A stretch of 64,000 bases of DNA from Candidatus Bathyarchaeota archaeon (lineage in GTDB: Archaea > Thermoproteota > Bathyarchaeia > Bathyarchaeales > Bathycorpusculaceae): NCBI GenBank assembly GCA_963806535.1, contig CAWDYC010000004.1:480001-544000 (forward strand), given 5' to 3'. The notes below the pieces were generated by a model, which saw only the letters and a program-made list of their open reading frames with translations, made no database searches and was not told the DNA's origin. Position numbers and translations under genes: made by a program. The first letter of the stretch is position 1; every line of letters begins with the position of its first letter. Positions 43,770 through 53,846 of this stretch are shown one piece after another.

Positions 43770-43952
43770 TTAAGGTCTTACACATTCAGCTTTAGGCTTG
43801 AATGGACGTTTAGTTGTTCTCTTGCGTTTGTGATATTCGCATTCGTTGACTCGGGTTAGTATCCAGCCTTTGTCTTGGTAGATGCATCCGCATGGCAACT
43901 TTACTGATTTTTGTAACTCAGGTTCTTCAACGTTTTTCTTAGCTTCCGCCAT
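43770..43952 (-). CDS. Small Cys/His metal-binding hypothetical protein
   Basis: LPCGC..ECEYH, basic tail. Confidence 0.55.
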   Translation of the reverse strand: MAEAKKNVEEPELQKSVKLPCGCIYQDKGWILTRVNECEYHKRKRTTKRPFKPKAECVRP

Positions 43953-44050
43953 TTCAACGCCATCAAAATTTAGAGCACAATTATCGTATTAACTTAACTT
44001 TAGCTTTTTGGTTATTGAGTTTCGGAATTTATTTTTGTTGTCTTTTTCAA

Positions 44051-44130
44051 GAACTTTTTGATTTAGCGGCGATCTTAAGAGACCTTTTTGGTCCTTTTTA
44101 GACTTTTTTGGACTTTATTCGACTCAACCT
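44051..44130. repeat. 10-bp phased imperfect direct-repeat array (GAC(C/T)TTTT)
   Basis: gacctttttg|gtccttttta|gacttttttg|gactttattc|gactc, plus in-phase gaactttttg. Confidence 0.6.
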
Positions 44131-44310
44131 GCAAAGAAACAAGCTTCAATTCAAAAAAGCAGCCTAAAACACAAAGAACAAAAACAAGCACAAAACTATC
44201 AGTAACTAATTCGGTTATATCAAAAATCTTAAAACTAAACAAATTAAGTTTAATCGTTTATGGTATTCTAAAACAAATAAGAAGAAAAAATAGGGTATGT
44301 TGGATTTATT

Positions 44311-45125
44311 TTACATGTTAGATGCGACTGTTGATAGGTCTGCTATGTCGATTTTGAAGTGGCCGCAGAAGTCCATTTTGGCGTCGTAGTTGCCCCAGCC
44401 TGGCATGGCACCGTATGATCTTATGACTGCTGCTACGTCTGCTCTGGTTACTGCATTGGTTGTTGTGTCATCAGTTACTTTGAATGGGATTAAACTGAAC
44501 TTGTTTTTGCACTGATGTGGAAAACTGAGCCAGTCAATGGGTCTATTCTATTTATTGATAGGGTGAATTTGTTCCCGTTGTCTGTAACTTTGAGTTCTCC
44601 ATATGCTTTTTGAACCGAAGTGTCTATGTCTCGGTGAACATTTGTTATTTGTCCTTCATCGTTTGTGATAATTGTTACGTTGCTTACTACAGTGAAGATA
44701 TTCCATGTGCCGTTAAGGAAGTAGGTTGTGCCTGGTATGCTGGTGCTAAAAGTTGATACTGAACCATTCGCTAATCTCGCTTCATAGAAGACATAAGTAA
44801 AGTTTTCTTTTGTTATCATTGCGCTGATTGGACGAGAAGTATTAGTTGTCCATATCGCAGTGGCTCATAGCTATCTGGTTTGTACTTAAATCTACGCGTG
44901 CTGATGCTCCAGCTTGGGTTTGAAGAGCGCCATTTACGTGTTGTTGTTCCCCATTGGGTTATGACGCCGTTAATCCGTATGTAACTTCGCGTGGCGAGGG
45001 CGCTTGGCATGTTTGTTGCCGTGGCCGATGGGTTAGCCGTTGATGTTTGAGCAACTGCTAAACTGATGCTGCTTACAGCGAATAATGCTATGATAGCAAT
45101 TACAATTGGTAATTTTTTTATTCAT
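44311..45125 (-). CDS. Secreted protein with a C-terminal dockerin-like domain (about 4 frameshifts; rebuilt by hand)
   Basis: Signal peptide MNKKLPIVIAIIALFAVSSISLAVAQ; C-terminus DDTTTNAVTRADVAAVIRSYGAMPGWGNYDAKMDFCGHFKIDIADLSTVASNM. Confidence 0.65.
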
Positions 45126-45219
45126 TCTTCTATTCCTCTTTATTTTTCTTGAAAACCCCTTGTTAGTTTACGGATAAAAGCGTTTCTGGGCTTATTTTTG
45201 TCAAATATGCTCTCTAACA

Positions 45220-45256
45220 GTTCATTTTTGTTCATTAGCGTTCATTCAAGTTTATT
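45220..45256. repeat. 10-bp phased GTTCATT direct repeats in a divergent promoter
   Basis: GTTCATT at 45220, 45230 and 45240; GTTTATT at 45250. Confidence 0.7.
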
Positions 45257-45441
45257 TACTGTTTTTCAACATAAATCACTTGTTTTACAGTCAAATCAGA
45301 GCTTTCCATGGCTTACTTTCAATTCGCCCAACAAAAATAGACACAGACAACACAGAAAAGCGCGGGCAAATGAATTCATAATAAGTACAATAAATTTATA
45401 ATTCTTAAATAAGCTATAACTTATTTTTAATGAGAACTAAA

Positions 45442-46362
45442 ATGAAAGCATCGCCGCCTAGCCATTTGCTACGCCATCTGCATAATTCTATTTTTGCTTC
45501 TGCCACTTTATTCGGCAAATTGTCAAAACTATGCCGCATACTCAGTTCAAATAAACAGCGACGGGTCGGCATTATGGAAAATAACTATTTTCTCCGACAT
45601 CAATGCAAGTGTAGACTCATTTAGTGATTTTCAAAATAAAGTTTTAAACCTCGTTGATTCCGCCTCAAACATAACCCACCGGACTATGACCGTTGATGAA
45701 AATTCTATTCAGATAAATACAAACATATCGTCTCAATCCAAAACCACAGAATTCTCTTTTTTGTGGCAAAACTTTAGTGTAATTCAGGGAAGAGACATAC
45801 TTTTCGGAGATGTTTTCCAAGTTAATGGTTTTTTTACCCAACTTTATGGCGATGCTCAATTGCAGATAAATTATCCGTCAACTTTTAGCGTTAAATCGGT
45901 TACTCCTACACCTTATCAACGTGATGATTCAGATAAAACATTGGATTGGGCTGGAACGCAGGACTTAGTTAGTCGCTAAAACAGAGATCATTTTAACAAA
46001 CATTTCATTGAATAATAACTTTAACCAACCCTACATAATTATTGCTGTTGTTGCGGTCGTTGTAGCAGCCTTAAGTTTTTCAGGTTTCTACATGTTCAAA
46101 CGGCGTAAAAGCTTCGCTGGAAACCGCAATGGTTGCTCCCTCAGACTCCAAGGAGTTGGAAACTGAAGAAGGAAAAATCTTGAAACTTCTAAAGTCATCA
46201 AGTGGTAGCATGCATCAGTCAGCTATTGTGGAGCAATGCAGGTTTTCCAAGGCTAAGACGAGTCAATTGCTGACTGTTTTAGAGAAAAAGGGTAACATAA
46301 CAAGATATAAGAAGGGGAGAGATAAAATAGTGAACCTTACCGAACGGGCGAAAAGTGAATAA
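45442..46362 (+). CDS. Membrane-anchored regulator: extracellular domain, TM helix and C-terminal wHTH (COG2512-like), frameshifted
   Basis: YSVQINSDGSA.W, W.NF...GDVF; TM ending FKRRK; EEGKILKLL..G.MHQSAIVEQCRFSKAKTSQLL..LE..G.I.R.K.GR.KIV. Confidence 0.78.
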
Positions 46363-46363
46363 A

Positions 46364-47128
46364 ATGGCAAACCCGATTAAGTTGAAGTCCAAAAAGATTT
46401 TAGCTGTTTTAGTTTGTACTTTGATTTCATTTTGCTTTATCTGTTCTGTTTCAGCACAAAGCACAACAGTTAACGCAACGCATCCACCACCCAACCCGCT
46501 GTAGGCAGCACTTTAACAGTTACTCTTGCAATCTCAAATGTCCAAAACCTCTTCGGCATAGATGCTATTTTTCAATGGAACCCCTCAGTTCTTAGCCTCT
46601 CAAACGTAGCTCTAAATGTAGGAGACTCACAGTCCAATGGAGTTCTTCACGGAACAATAAATCATGATTACAATACTATCAGTGCAGGAGACATTTACGT
46701 TAACGAAACAAAGGTATCTGGAAGTTACGAGTCTGGTAGCTCAATCATTTGGTCATGGCACCCCTAGCTTTACAGGAAGCGGAACAATAGTGACCCTGAC
46801 ATTTAACGTTGTAAGCACGGGCTCAGCAGGATTAAGCTTAACGACAGAGCTTGCCGATCAAGCCATACCTGGGCAAAACTCTAATAACATTGATCATCAA
46901 GATACAGCTAGCTCAGTAACCGCAGTTGCATCAGGATCTTCAAGTACTCCAACTTCATCGAGCACACCAACATCTTCAACGTCCACTCCAACCGTTCCAG
47001 AATTTCCAACCACAATCACAATAGCCCTGATCATTGCATTAGCAATAGCAATAGCTGCCACAATATTCACATGCAAAAAAAGTAAACAAAAAAACAAAAT
47101 TGACTCCAGCTTCGTTTCATTACTATAA
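46364..47128 (+). CDS. Cohesin-like domain protein with a Ser/Thr linker and PEF-CTERM anchor (two frameshifts)
   Basis: Signal peptide; VGSTLTVTLAISNVQNLFGIDAIFQWNPSVL ... SFTGSGTIVTLTFNVVSTGSAGLSL..ELAD; VPEF-TM-KKSK. Confidence 0.72.
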
Positions 47129-47302
47129 TAATTGACTAAAACAATCAATCACATTTTGCCAAACCCTTTATCTAAAAACTGCTTCAACTCAGTTCTCATT
47201 TAGAAACAAAACTGTAAAACCTGAAATTTATAAAGCGAAACACTTAAGTGCAAAGAATCTGTAGTTTTGTCTTGGAAATCAAAAACTAGGATGTAGAATC
47301 AA

Positions 47303-47874
47303 TTGGCTGTTGAAGGTTTTTTCGAAAACAAAAAGACACCAGTAGAAGCAAAAGTCGGCGACTTAACCCCACAATCTAAAGCGGTTAATGTTACGGCCAA
47401 AGTAGTATCCAAAACAGAAGTTCGTGAAATCCCAATGGGTCGAGACGGATCTGCACACAAAGTAAGTGATGCGCTCGTCGGAGACGAAACAGGTGTAGTT
47501 TACCTGACACTTTGGGATGACAACATTGAAAAAGTCAACGAAGGCGACACAATCCGCGTAGAAAACGGCTACGTTACACTGTTCAAAGGCAACATACGCT
47601 TAAACATCGGCAAATACGGCAAACTTGAACCCGCAAAAGAACCACTTGCAGTAGAAGTTAACACAGAAAACAACGTTTCAAGCAAAACATACGAGCAAGA
47701 ACGAAGACCATTTAGAGGCGGCGGCAGAGGATTCGGTGGCGGCGGATACGGCGGCGGAAGAGACAGACGCGGTGGCGGCGGATATGGTGGTGGCGGCGCG
47801 GCGGTTACGGTGGCGGTCGAGATGGAGATCGTCGCGGTGGCGGCAGCGGCGGCGGTTACAGACCAAGATACTAA
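47303..47874 (+). CDS. ssb: Single-OB-fold single-stranded DNA-binding protein with a Gly/Arg/Tyr-rich tail (frameshift in tail)
   Basis: KV.DL..VNVTAKVVSK, VGDETG...LTLWD, ENGYV..FKG..RLNIGKYG; tail ends YRPRY. Confidence 0.9.
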
Positions 47875-47900
47875 GCTTCCAATCTGTAAAGTTTAGAACT

Positions 47901-47935
47901 CTTTTTTTTGCTTTTTTATCATTTTTAAGTTTTTT
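47901..47935 (+). terminator. Oligo-T archaeal terminator after ssb
   Basis: Several T5-T8 runs just after the stop codon. Confidence 0.5.
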
Positions 47936-48190
47936 CGAAATTGAGCATTTTTCTAAAAACGGTTTCAATTTTGGATTTTGCGGCCTGCTCTCTCTTTGAA
48001 AGACCTGTCTAAAGAATAACTTTTTTGGGGAAAGTAGCGGGCATGATTACTCACTTTTGATGCATTATAACGCTCTATGAAGTTAATGACACTCAGTGAC
48101 AAACAAAGTCTCAATCTGCAAATACTTTAAACTTCACTTCTTGAAAGTTTACGGTAACCTTCGTCTTCCTTTTTCTTCCGTTTTTTTCCT

Positions 48191-48240
48191 TTTTCTTACA
48201 TTTTCTTACAGATTCTCACAGATTTCTACATTTTGCTACA
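48191..48240. repeat. Five tandem 10-bp imperfect repeats ending in ACA
   Basis: ttttcttaca|ttttcttaca|gattctcaca|gatttctaca|ttttgctaca. Confidence 0.7.
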
Positions 48241-48419
48241 TTTAAAGACGCAACCTGCAAACAAATTAAACTTTGAACCAAGAAAGCAACCCAAAACACA
48301 AGCAACAAAACTGCACAAAAACCCATCAATAACAAAGTTCCTAAGTCCAGATTTTTCGTAATGGAAACTTTAAAATCTTCTGCGACGTCTGTTTTGGCTG
48401 AAACAGGAGATTGGCTGGA

Positions 48420-49800
48420 ATGGTTGCGGATAAATCTGAAGCTAAACCAACTGTAGAAGAGTTATTAGCGAAGGCAAAGAAACCGGCGCAGTTATCGCCT
48501 CCAATGCATAAGTTTTATGAAGGAAAAATGCAGGTAATTCCAAAATGTGCCATCCGAAGTGTAGATGATTTTGCAATTTGGTATACTCCAGGCGTTGCCG
48601 CGCCATGCAGGATGATTCAAGCTGACCCAGACAAATCTTTCGAGCTTACTAACCGCTGGAATTATGTGGCGGTTGTTACTGACGGTACCCGTGTTTTAGG
48701 TTTAGGAGATATTGGTCCCGAAGCGGCCCTGCCTGTTATGGAGGGCAAAGCACTGATTTTCAAGTATTTAGGCGGTGTTGACGCATTTCCTATTTGTTTA
48801 AGAACCAAGGATCCTGATGAGATTGTTAAGATTTGTAAGGCTCTTGAGCCGTCTTTCGGAGGCATTAACCTTGAGGATATTGAGAAACCAAAATGTTTTC
48901 ATGTTCTTGAGAGCGCTCGTGAACAACTAAATATTCCTGTTTGGCATGACGACCAGCAAGGAACCGCCACTGTAATCTTAGCTGGGTTAATTAACGCTTT
49001 TAAAATTGTAGGAAAAAAACCACGCGAAAGTCTCATAACTTTGGTGGGTTCAGGAGCAGCTAATATTCGAACTGCATATGTGCTTATGAAATGGGGTGTT
49101 AAACCAGGCAACATAATACTTGCCGACAGCAAAGGAGTGGTTTACAAAGACAGAAAAGACATAACCAAAGAAGAAGACCCATGGAAATATGATGTCACCC
49201 AGAAAACTAACGCTGAAGGCAGAACAGGCGACGTTTCCGAAGCATTCAAAGGCGTAGATGCAGTGGTTGCAGCTTCAAAACCTGGTCCAAACACCATAAA
49301 AAAAGAATGGATAAAAACAATGGCGCAAAACTCAATAATATTTGCTTGTGCTAACCCAATTCCTGAAATTTGGCCTTGGGATGCAGAAGAAGCAGGAGCA
49401 CGAATCGTGGCAACGGGCAGAAGTGATTTTCCTAATCAGGTAAACAACAGTTTAGGCTTTCCAGGTATTTTCCGCGGAGTTCTCGATGTTAAAGCAAAAA
49501 CTGTTACGGATGACATGTGTATAGCTGCTGCACAGGAACTTGCTGACTTATGCTGAAGAACGAGGAATCACCGAGAAAGATATTTTGCCGCGGATGGATG
49601 AATGGGAGGTTTTTCCCAGGGAAGCTGTTGCTTGCGCATTAAAATCGATTGAACAAGGAGTAGCACGGGTGAAGCCCAGTCGAGACGAATTGTATGAACG
49701 TGCATCTGCAATCATTAAGAATGCGCGGCAGTCAACTGAATTGTTAATGAAGCATGGTTTAATTAAGCCGCCGCCAAGTGAAGACAAACTTTTGAAATAG
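48420..49800 (+). CDS. NAD(P)-dependent malic enzyme (one frameshift near 49545)
   Basis: YTPGVA, VTDGTRVLGLGDIG, PVMEGK, INLEDI, HDDQQGT, ANPIPEI, TGRSDFPNQVNN. Confidence 0.93.
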
Positions 49801-49870
49801 TATTCACAAAATCGAATTTACTTAACCGAAAAATTGGCGTCTAAATCGATTGGACACAAAATAAAAAGAA

Positions 49871-50140
49871 TTAAAGAGGAGTTATTTTCACTATATTTCT
49901 TTTTTCAAGTCTTCGCAGCGCGTCTAAGCACTCATCTTTTTTCTCGCCAGTAATGTTTAAGTTCTGCATTATGTCTTTGACTGAAACCTCGGCTTTTCCA
50001 AAGTTTTCATGCCTTTTATAGAGGTGTCGGACAATGGATTTTTCCAGCTTACCGCATCGCCAAGTAGTGTTACGGATCAAAACAACGATGGTTCGAACAA
50101 GTGTTTGCTCGTTAGATTTTCTTCCTCGTGAATCTCCCAT
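49871..50140 (-). CDS. Hypothetical winged-helix-like protein
   Basis: 89-aa ORF ending DALRRLEKRNIVKI. Confidence 0.6.
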   Translation of the reverse strand: MGDSRGRKSNEQTLVRTIVVLIRNTTWRCGKLEKSIVRHLYKRHENFGKAEVSVKDIMQNLNITGEKKDECLDALRRLEKRNIVKITPL

Positions 50141-50236
50141 CTCTCCCCACCAACAAAGGTAACCCGCGGCATAGGTTTTTAAACTGTTTGTTCCTCAGCG
50201 AAATAAGGGCTTTAATTTGGGCTTGGCTGGTTGCTG

Positions 50237-50686
50237 CTAGAGAGTTTTTTTAAGGTACAAACCGTGTGCTTTGCCATAGTACTTTTCTAGTCTGCTTATT
50301 TTTTGGTATCCACTATTTTGATAGAGTTTTAGTGCGGCTGAGTTGTCTTCACGGACTTCCAGGTGACATTCGCGTATGCCTTTTTGTTTAAGAATAATTT
50401 CCATTTCTTGAAGCATTTTACTTGCTATGCCTTTTCGCCGATATGCTGATGCAACATTTATTGTTATAATGTGTCCAAACAACGTGTTATTTTCTATTTC
50501 AACCTGTGTAATTATGAATCCAGCGATGTCATTGTTTGCTTTTGCAACTAATGCGATTGTATTGTAGTCAGTTAACAGGTAGGCTATTTGCCGTTTCGTG
50601 AATGCTTCTTGGTCAAAGCATTGCTCTTCAATTTCATACAATTTATCAAGCAGCTTTATGGATGCTGTTTCAATTTTTAGTTCCAT
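50237..50686 (-). CDS. rimI: RimI/Ard1-like N-acetyltransferase (GNAT)
   Basis: GHIITINV..YRRKGIA, LEVREDN..A.KLY...GY...KYY. Confidence 0.85.
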   Translation of the reverse strand: MELKIETASIKLLDKLYEIEEQCFDQEAFTKRQIAYLLTDYNTIALVAKANNDIAGFIITQVEIENNTLFGHIITINVASAYRRKGIASKMLQEMEIILKQKGIRECHLEVREDNSAALKLYQNSGYQKISRLEKYYGKAHGLYLKKTL

Positions 50687-50704
50687 TTTTTGCCTTAATA
50701 GCAA

Positions 50705-51784
50705 TTAGAGTGCAGGATTGATTTTAGTTTTTTCTATATTTGCTGTTGAAGAAATTGCTGGTTTTAGTTCAAGATATTGCTGTGCTGCAAATCCTATGAA
50801 GAAACGGAACCATAAAGTTATGATTCTTGTCAGTATTGTGGCTGTGGCGGCTAAGGGTCCATATATGCCCATTGAAATGTAAAGAGTAGTCATTACTGCT
50901 TCTGGAAGTCCAACTTCAAATGGTATGCCAATAGGTATTGCTTTGACTGCTAAGAATATCGCTGAAGTAATGATGATTATGCTCAATGAAACCGGATGCC
51001 CAAGAGACATAAAAACAAGGTATGGGACGCTTAAGCTGAAAAACCATGAAACAAGCAAGTAAAATAGTGATCCAGATATGGCTTTTGGATTATGCCTGAA
51101 CTCTGCCATTGCATCATGAAAGTGCTCCGTAATTTCTATTGCTTCTTCTTTTAATTTTTCAACTTTTATTCTGCCCATAGATATTTTGTGGGCTAAATTG
51201 GCAGCAACATTGATAACTTTTAAAGTCCATTTCGGCTTGAAACCTAAAATAATCATGAAGCTGATTATTGCTATTATTGCAGCGGCGACGAATATGATTG
51301 CGTTGAAGACTAATTGGTTAACGTTTCCGCCGAAGTTAAGCAAGATTATCCCTGCAATTAAAGCAACAACGTTTAGTGCCATACCCATTAGCCTATGAGT
51401 ATAAAGTGATGCTACCACTTTTCCGAATGGTCCGCATTTGTCTCTTGTACAAAGATACGTTCGAGTTACTTCTCCGCTTATGGATTGTGCGGGAACAATG
51501 GTGTCAACGTAGATTCCGTACCAAACGTAAAGGTAAGCTCGAAAAATAGATATTTTGATTGAAAGATGGTTGGTTAATACACGCCAAGAAAACGTGAAGA
51601 ACAAGACTTCTAGCATGCCGAATATTATGGCAACTGCGTAGATGGTCGGGTCAGCACTTTTTGCCGTTGATAATATGCCTAAAATGTCTACATGAAATAG
51701 GTAAATGTACAAGAAGAAACCCAGTAAACCTAACAGTGGGAAAACGGCTGTCTTCCAACTTAGTTTTGGTCTTGGAGGCTGCAT
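50705..51784 (-). CDS. UPF0104 / LPG-synthase-TM flippase-like membrane protein (second paralog)
   Basis: VP..SISGE..R, P.GIP.EVG.PE, LTRIITLW; multiple TMs. Confidence 0.82.
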   Translation of the reverse strand: MQPPRPKLSWKTAVFPLLGLLGFFLYIYLFHVDILGILSTAKSADPTIYAVAIIFGMLEVLFFTFSWRVLTNHLSIKISIFRAYLYVWYGIYVDTIVPAQSISGEVTRTYLCTRDKCGPFGKVVASLYTHRLMGMALNVVALIAGIILLNFGGNVNQLVFNAIIFVAAAIIAIISFMIILGFKPKWTLKVINVAANLAHKISMGRIKVEKLKEEAIEITEHFHDAMAEFRHNPKAISGSLFYLLVSWFFSLSVPYLVFMSLGHPVSLSIIIITSAIFLAVKAIPIGIPFEVGLPEAVMTTLYISMGIYGPLAATATILTRIITLWFRFFIGFAAQQYLELKPAISSTANIEKTKINPAL

Positions 51785-51998
51785 TTTGTCTTCTTGCACC
51801 AGATATTGAACGGTGAGATGCATTTATTCGATTATATACTTTACCCAAATCCAAGCATACAACGGCAGAATAAACCTGAAATCCTTCGACTGAGGGTCTT
51901 ACCAGAAGCTCGTTTATCTATTGTTTGAATAAGCATGTTAATTTGTTAGTAACCTTTTAATTTGCTTACAGCACTAAGCATAAAAAAGGTAACAAGAA

Positions 51999-53773
51999 TT
52001 GAACGACGAAGTTAAATGCTCAAAACCTGAATGCGACAAATTCACTGCAATTAACGAATTAGCGAAGCGTCGAGGATTTTTCTGGCCATCATTTGAGATT
52101 TATGGTGGCAGCGGCGGCTTTGTAACTTATGGTCCGCTTGGCACAAGACTGAAACAAAATATTGAGGCAAAACTAAGAGAGCTTTTTGTTAAAAAAATTG
52201 GTATTTACGAAATGGAATCATCCATAATAGCTCCTGGCAAAGTCTTCGAGGCGTCAGGTCACGTTGACCATTTTAAGGAGCCGATGGTTGAATGCCAAAA
52301 CTGTCACACTCGTTTCCGAGCAGACCATTTGCTTGAAGAAAAAGGCATAAGCTCGGCTGAAGCAGAAAAAATGACTTTGCCAGAAATTAAAGAAGAGATT
52401 GAGCGTCACGGTGTTATTTGTCCTGACTGCGGCGGCAAATTCGGAGAACCCCAACGTTACTTAACCATGTTTGAAACAACAATTGGTCCTTACTCCGGCT
52501 CGGTTGGTTACGGCAGACCTGAAGCTGCGCAAAACATTTTCGTTGAATTCAATCGCCTCTACACTGCTGCTCGAGAGCGGCTTCCTTTTGGAGTTATCGC
52601 AAATTGGTCATGCTTTGCGCAACGAGATTTCGCCAAGGCAAGGATTAATTCGTCTTAGAGAATTCACTATTTCAGATTTAGAGTTCTTCTTTGATCCTGA
52701 AGAGCCTTGCTGCCGTTTTCTTTGTGAAGTGGAAAACGAAGTTTTACCGATTCTGCTATGTGAAACAAGACTCAAAGAATGCGAAGATACAACAGATCTG
52801 ACGGTTCGAGAAGCGCTTGATCGTAAAGTGATCCGTTCAGAGTGGCAAGCGTTTTTCATGGCAATGGCTAAAAAACTTTTAGTTGAACTTGGCGTGCCAG
52901 CGGAGAAGCAGCGGTTTCATTGAAAAGCTAACATGGGAAAAAGCTCATTACTCAAGCCAAAGCTTCGACCAAGAAGTCCTAGTTGACCGCTGGGGCTGGG
53001 TAGAAGTCTCTGGACATGCATACCGCACAGACTACGATTTATCCTGCCATATGAAAGCCAGCGGCGTTGACATGACTGTTTACAAAGAATACGCTAATCC
53101 AGTGGAAAAAGAAGAATTGGTTGTTAAGCCAATTATGGCTAAGCTTGGTCCAGTGTACAAGGGTGAAGCCGCAAAAGTAGCTGCGCTGCTAGCGAAGGTT
53201 CCTGCGCAGGAAGTTGCCGACGCCATGCAAAAACAAGGTTCATTTATGGTTGACAAATATGAAATTAAATCTGACCAAGTGGATATTAGCCGCCAAAAAA
53301 CTATTGTTCGAGGCACCCGTTTCGTTCCTCACGTTGTGGAGCCCAGTTTCGGTTCTGACAGGCTCTTTTACGTGGCATTAGAGTACGCTTACGGCATCAA
53401 AGATGATCGTGTTGTCATGAGTTTTCCACGAAGCATCGCGCCGATTCAGGTTGGAGTTTACCCGTTGATGAGTAAAGACGGCTTAGACACCAAAGCAGTG
53501 GAAGTGCATAAGATGTTGGCATGCGAGGGCTTCATGGTTGAACTTGACGAAACAGGCTCAATCGGCAGACGATATGCAAGAGCTGACGAGGCAGGCGTAC
53601 AATTAGGATTAACCATAGATTATGAAACATTAGAAAAGGACACAGTAACCATACGAGACCGTGATAGTTGGCTCCAAGTTCGAACAGCAATCAAAGACCT
53701 ACCGCAACTATTACACAGCTACTTTGAAGAAAAAATTAATTTCAAAGATTTAGGAACATTAATTGAAAGTTAA
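51999..53773 (+). CDS. glyS: Glycine--tRNA ligase (archaeal/eukaryotic alpha2 type), two frameshifts
   Basis: RRGFFWPSFEIYGG, ASGHVDHF, RPEAAQ, RNEISPRQG.IRLREF, PHVVEPSFG.DR, SIGRRYARADE. Confidence 0.95.
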
Positions 53774-53846
53774 GAGTTACCTTTTTTAATAAACACTTGT
53801 TAAGTAACAATGTTAAATTAGGGATAATTGTCGGCGGGGAAACAGA

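Noticed and set aside
48191-48240. Repeat arrays as CRISPR or as a replication origin
   Set aside because: The units are 10 bp with no spacers, there are no cas genes, no convincing ORB consensus, and no cdc6/orc1 in the window
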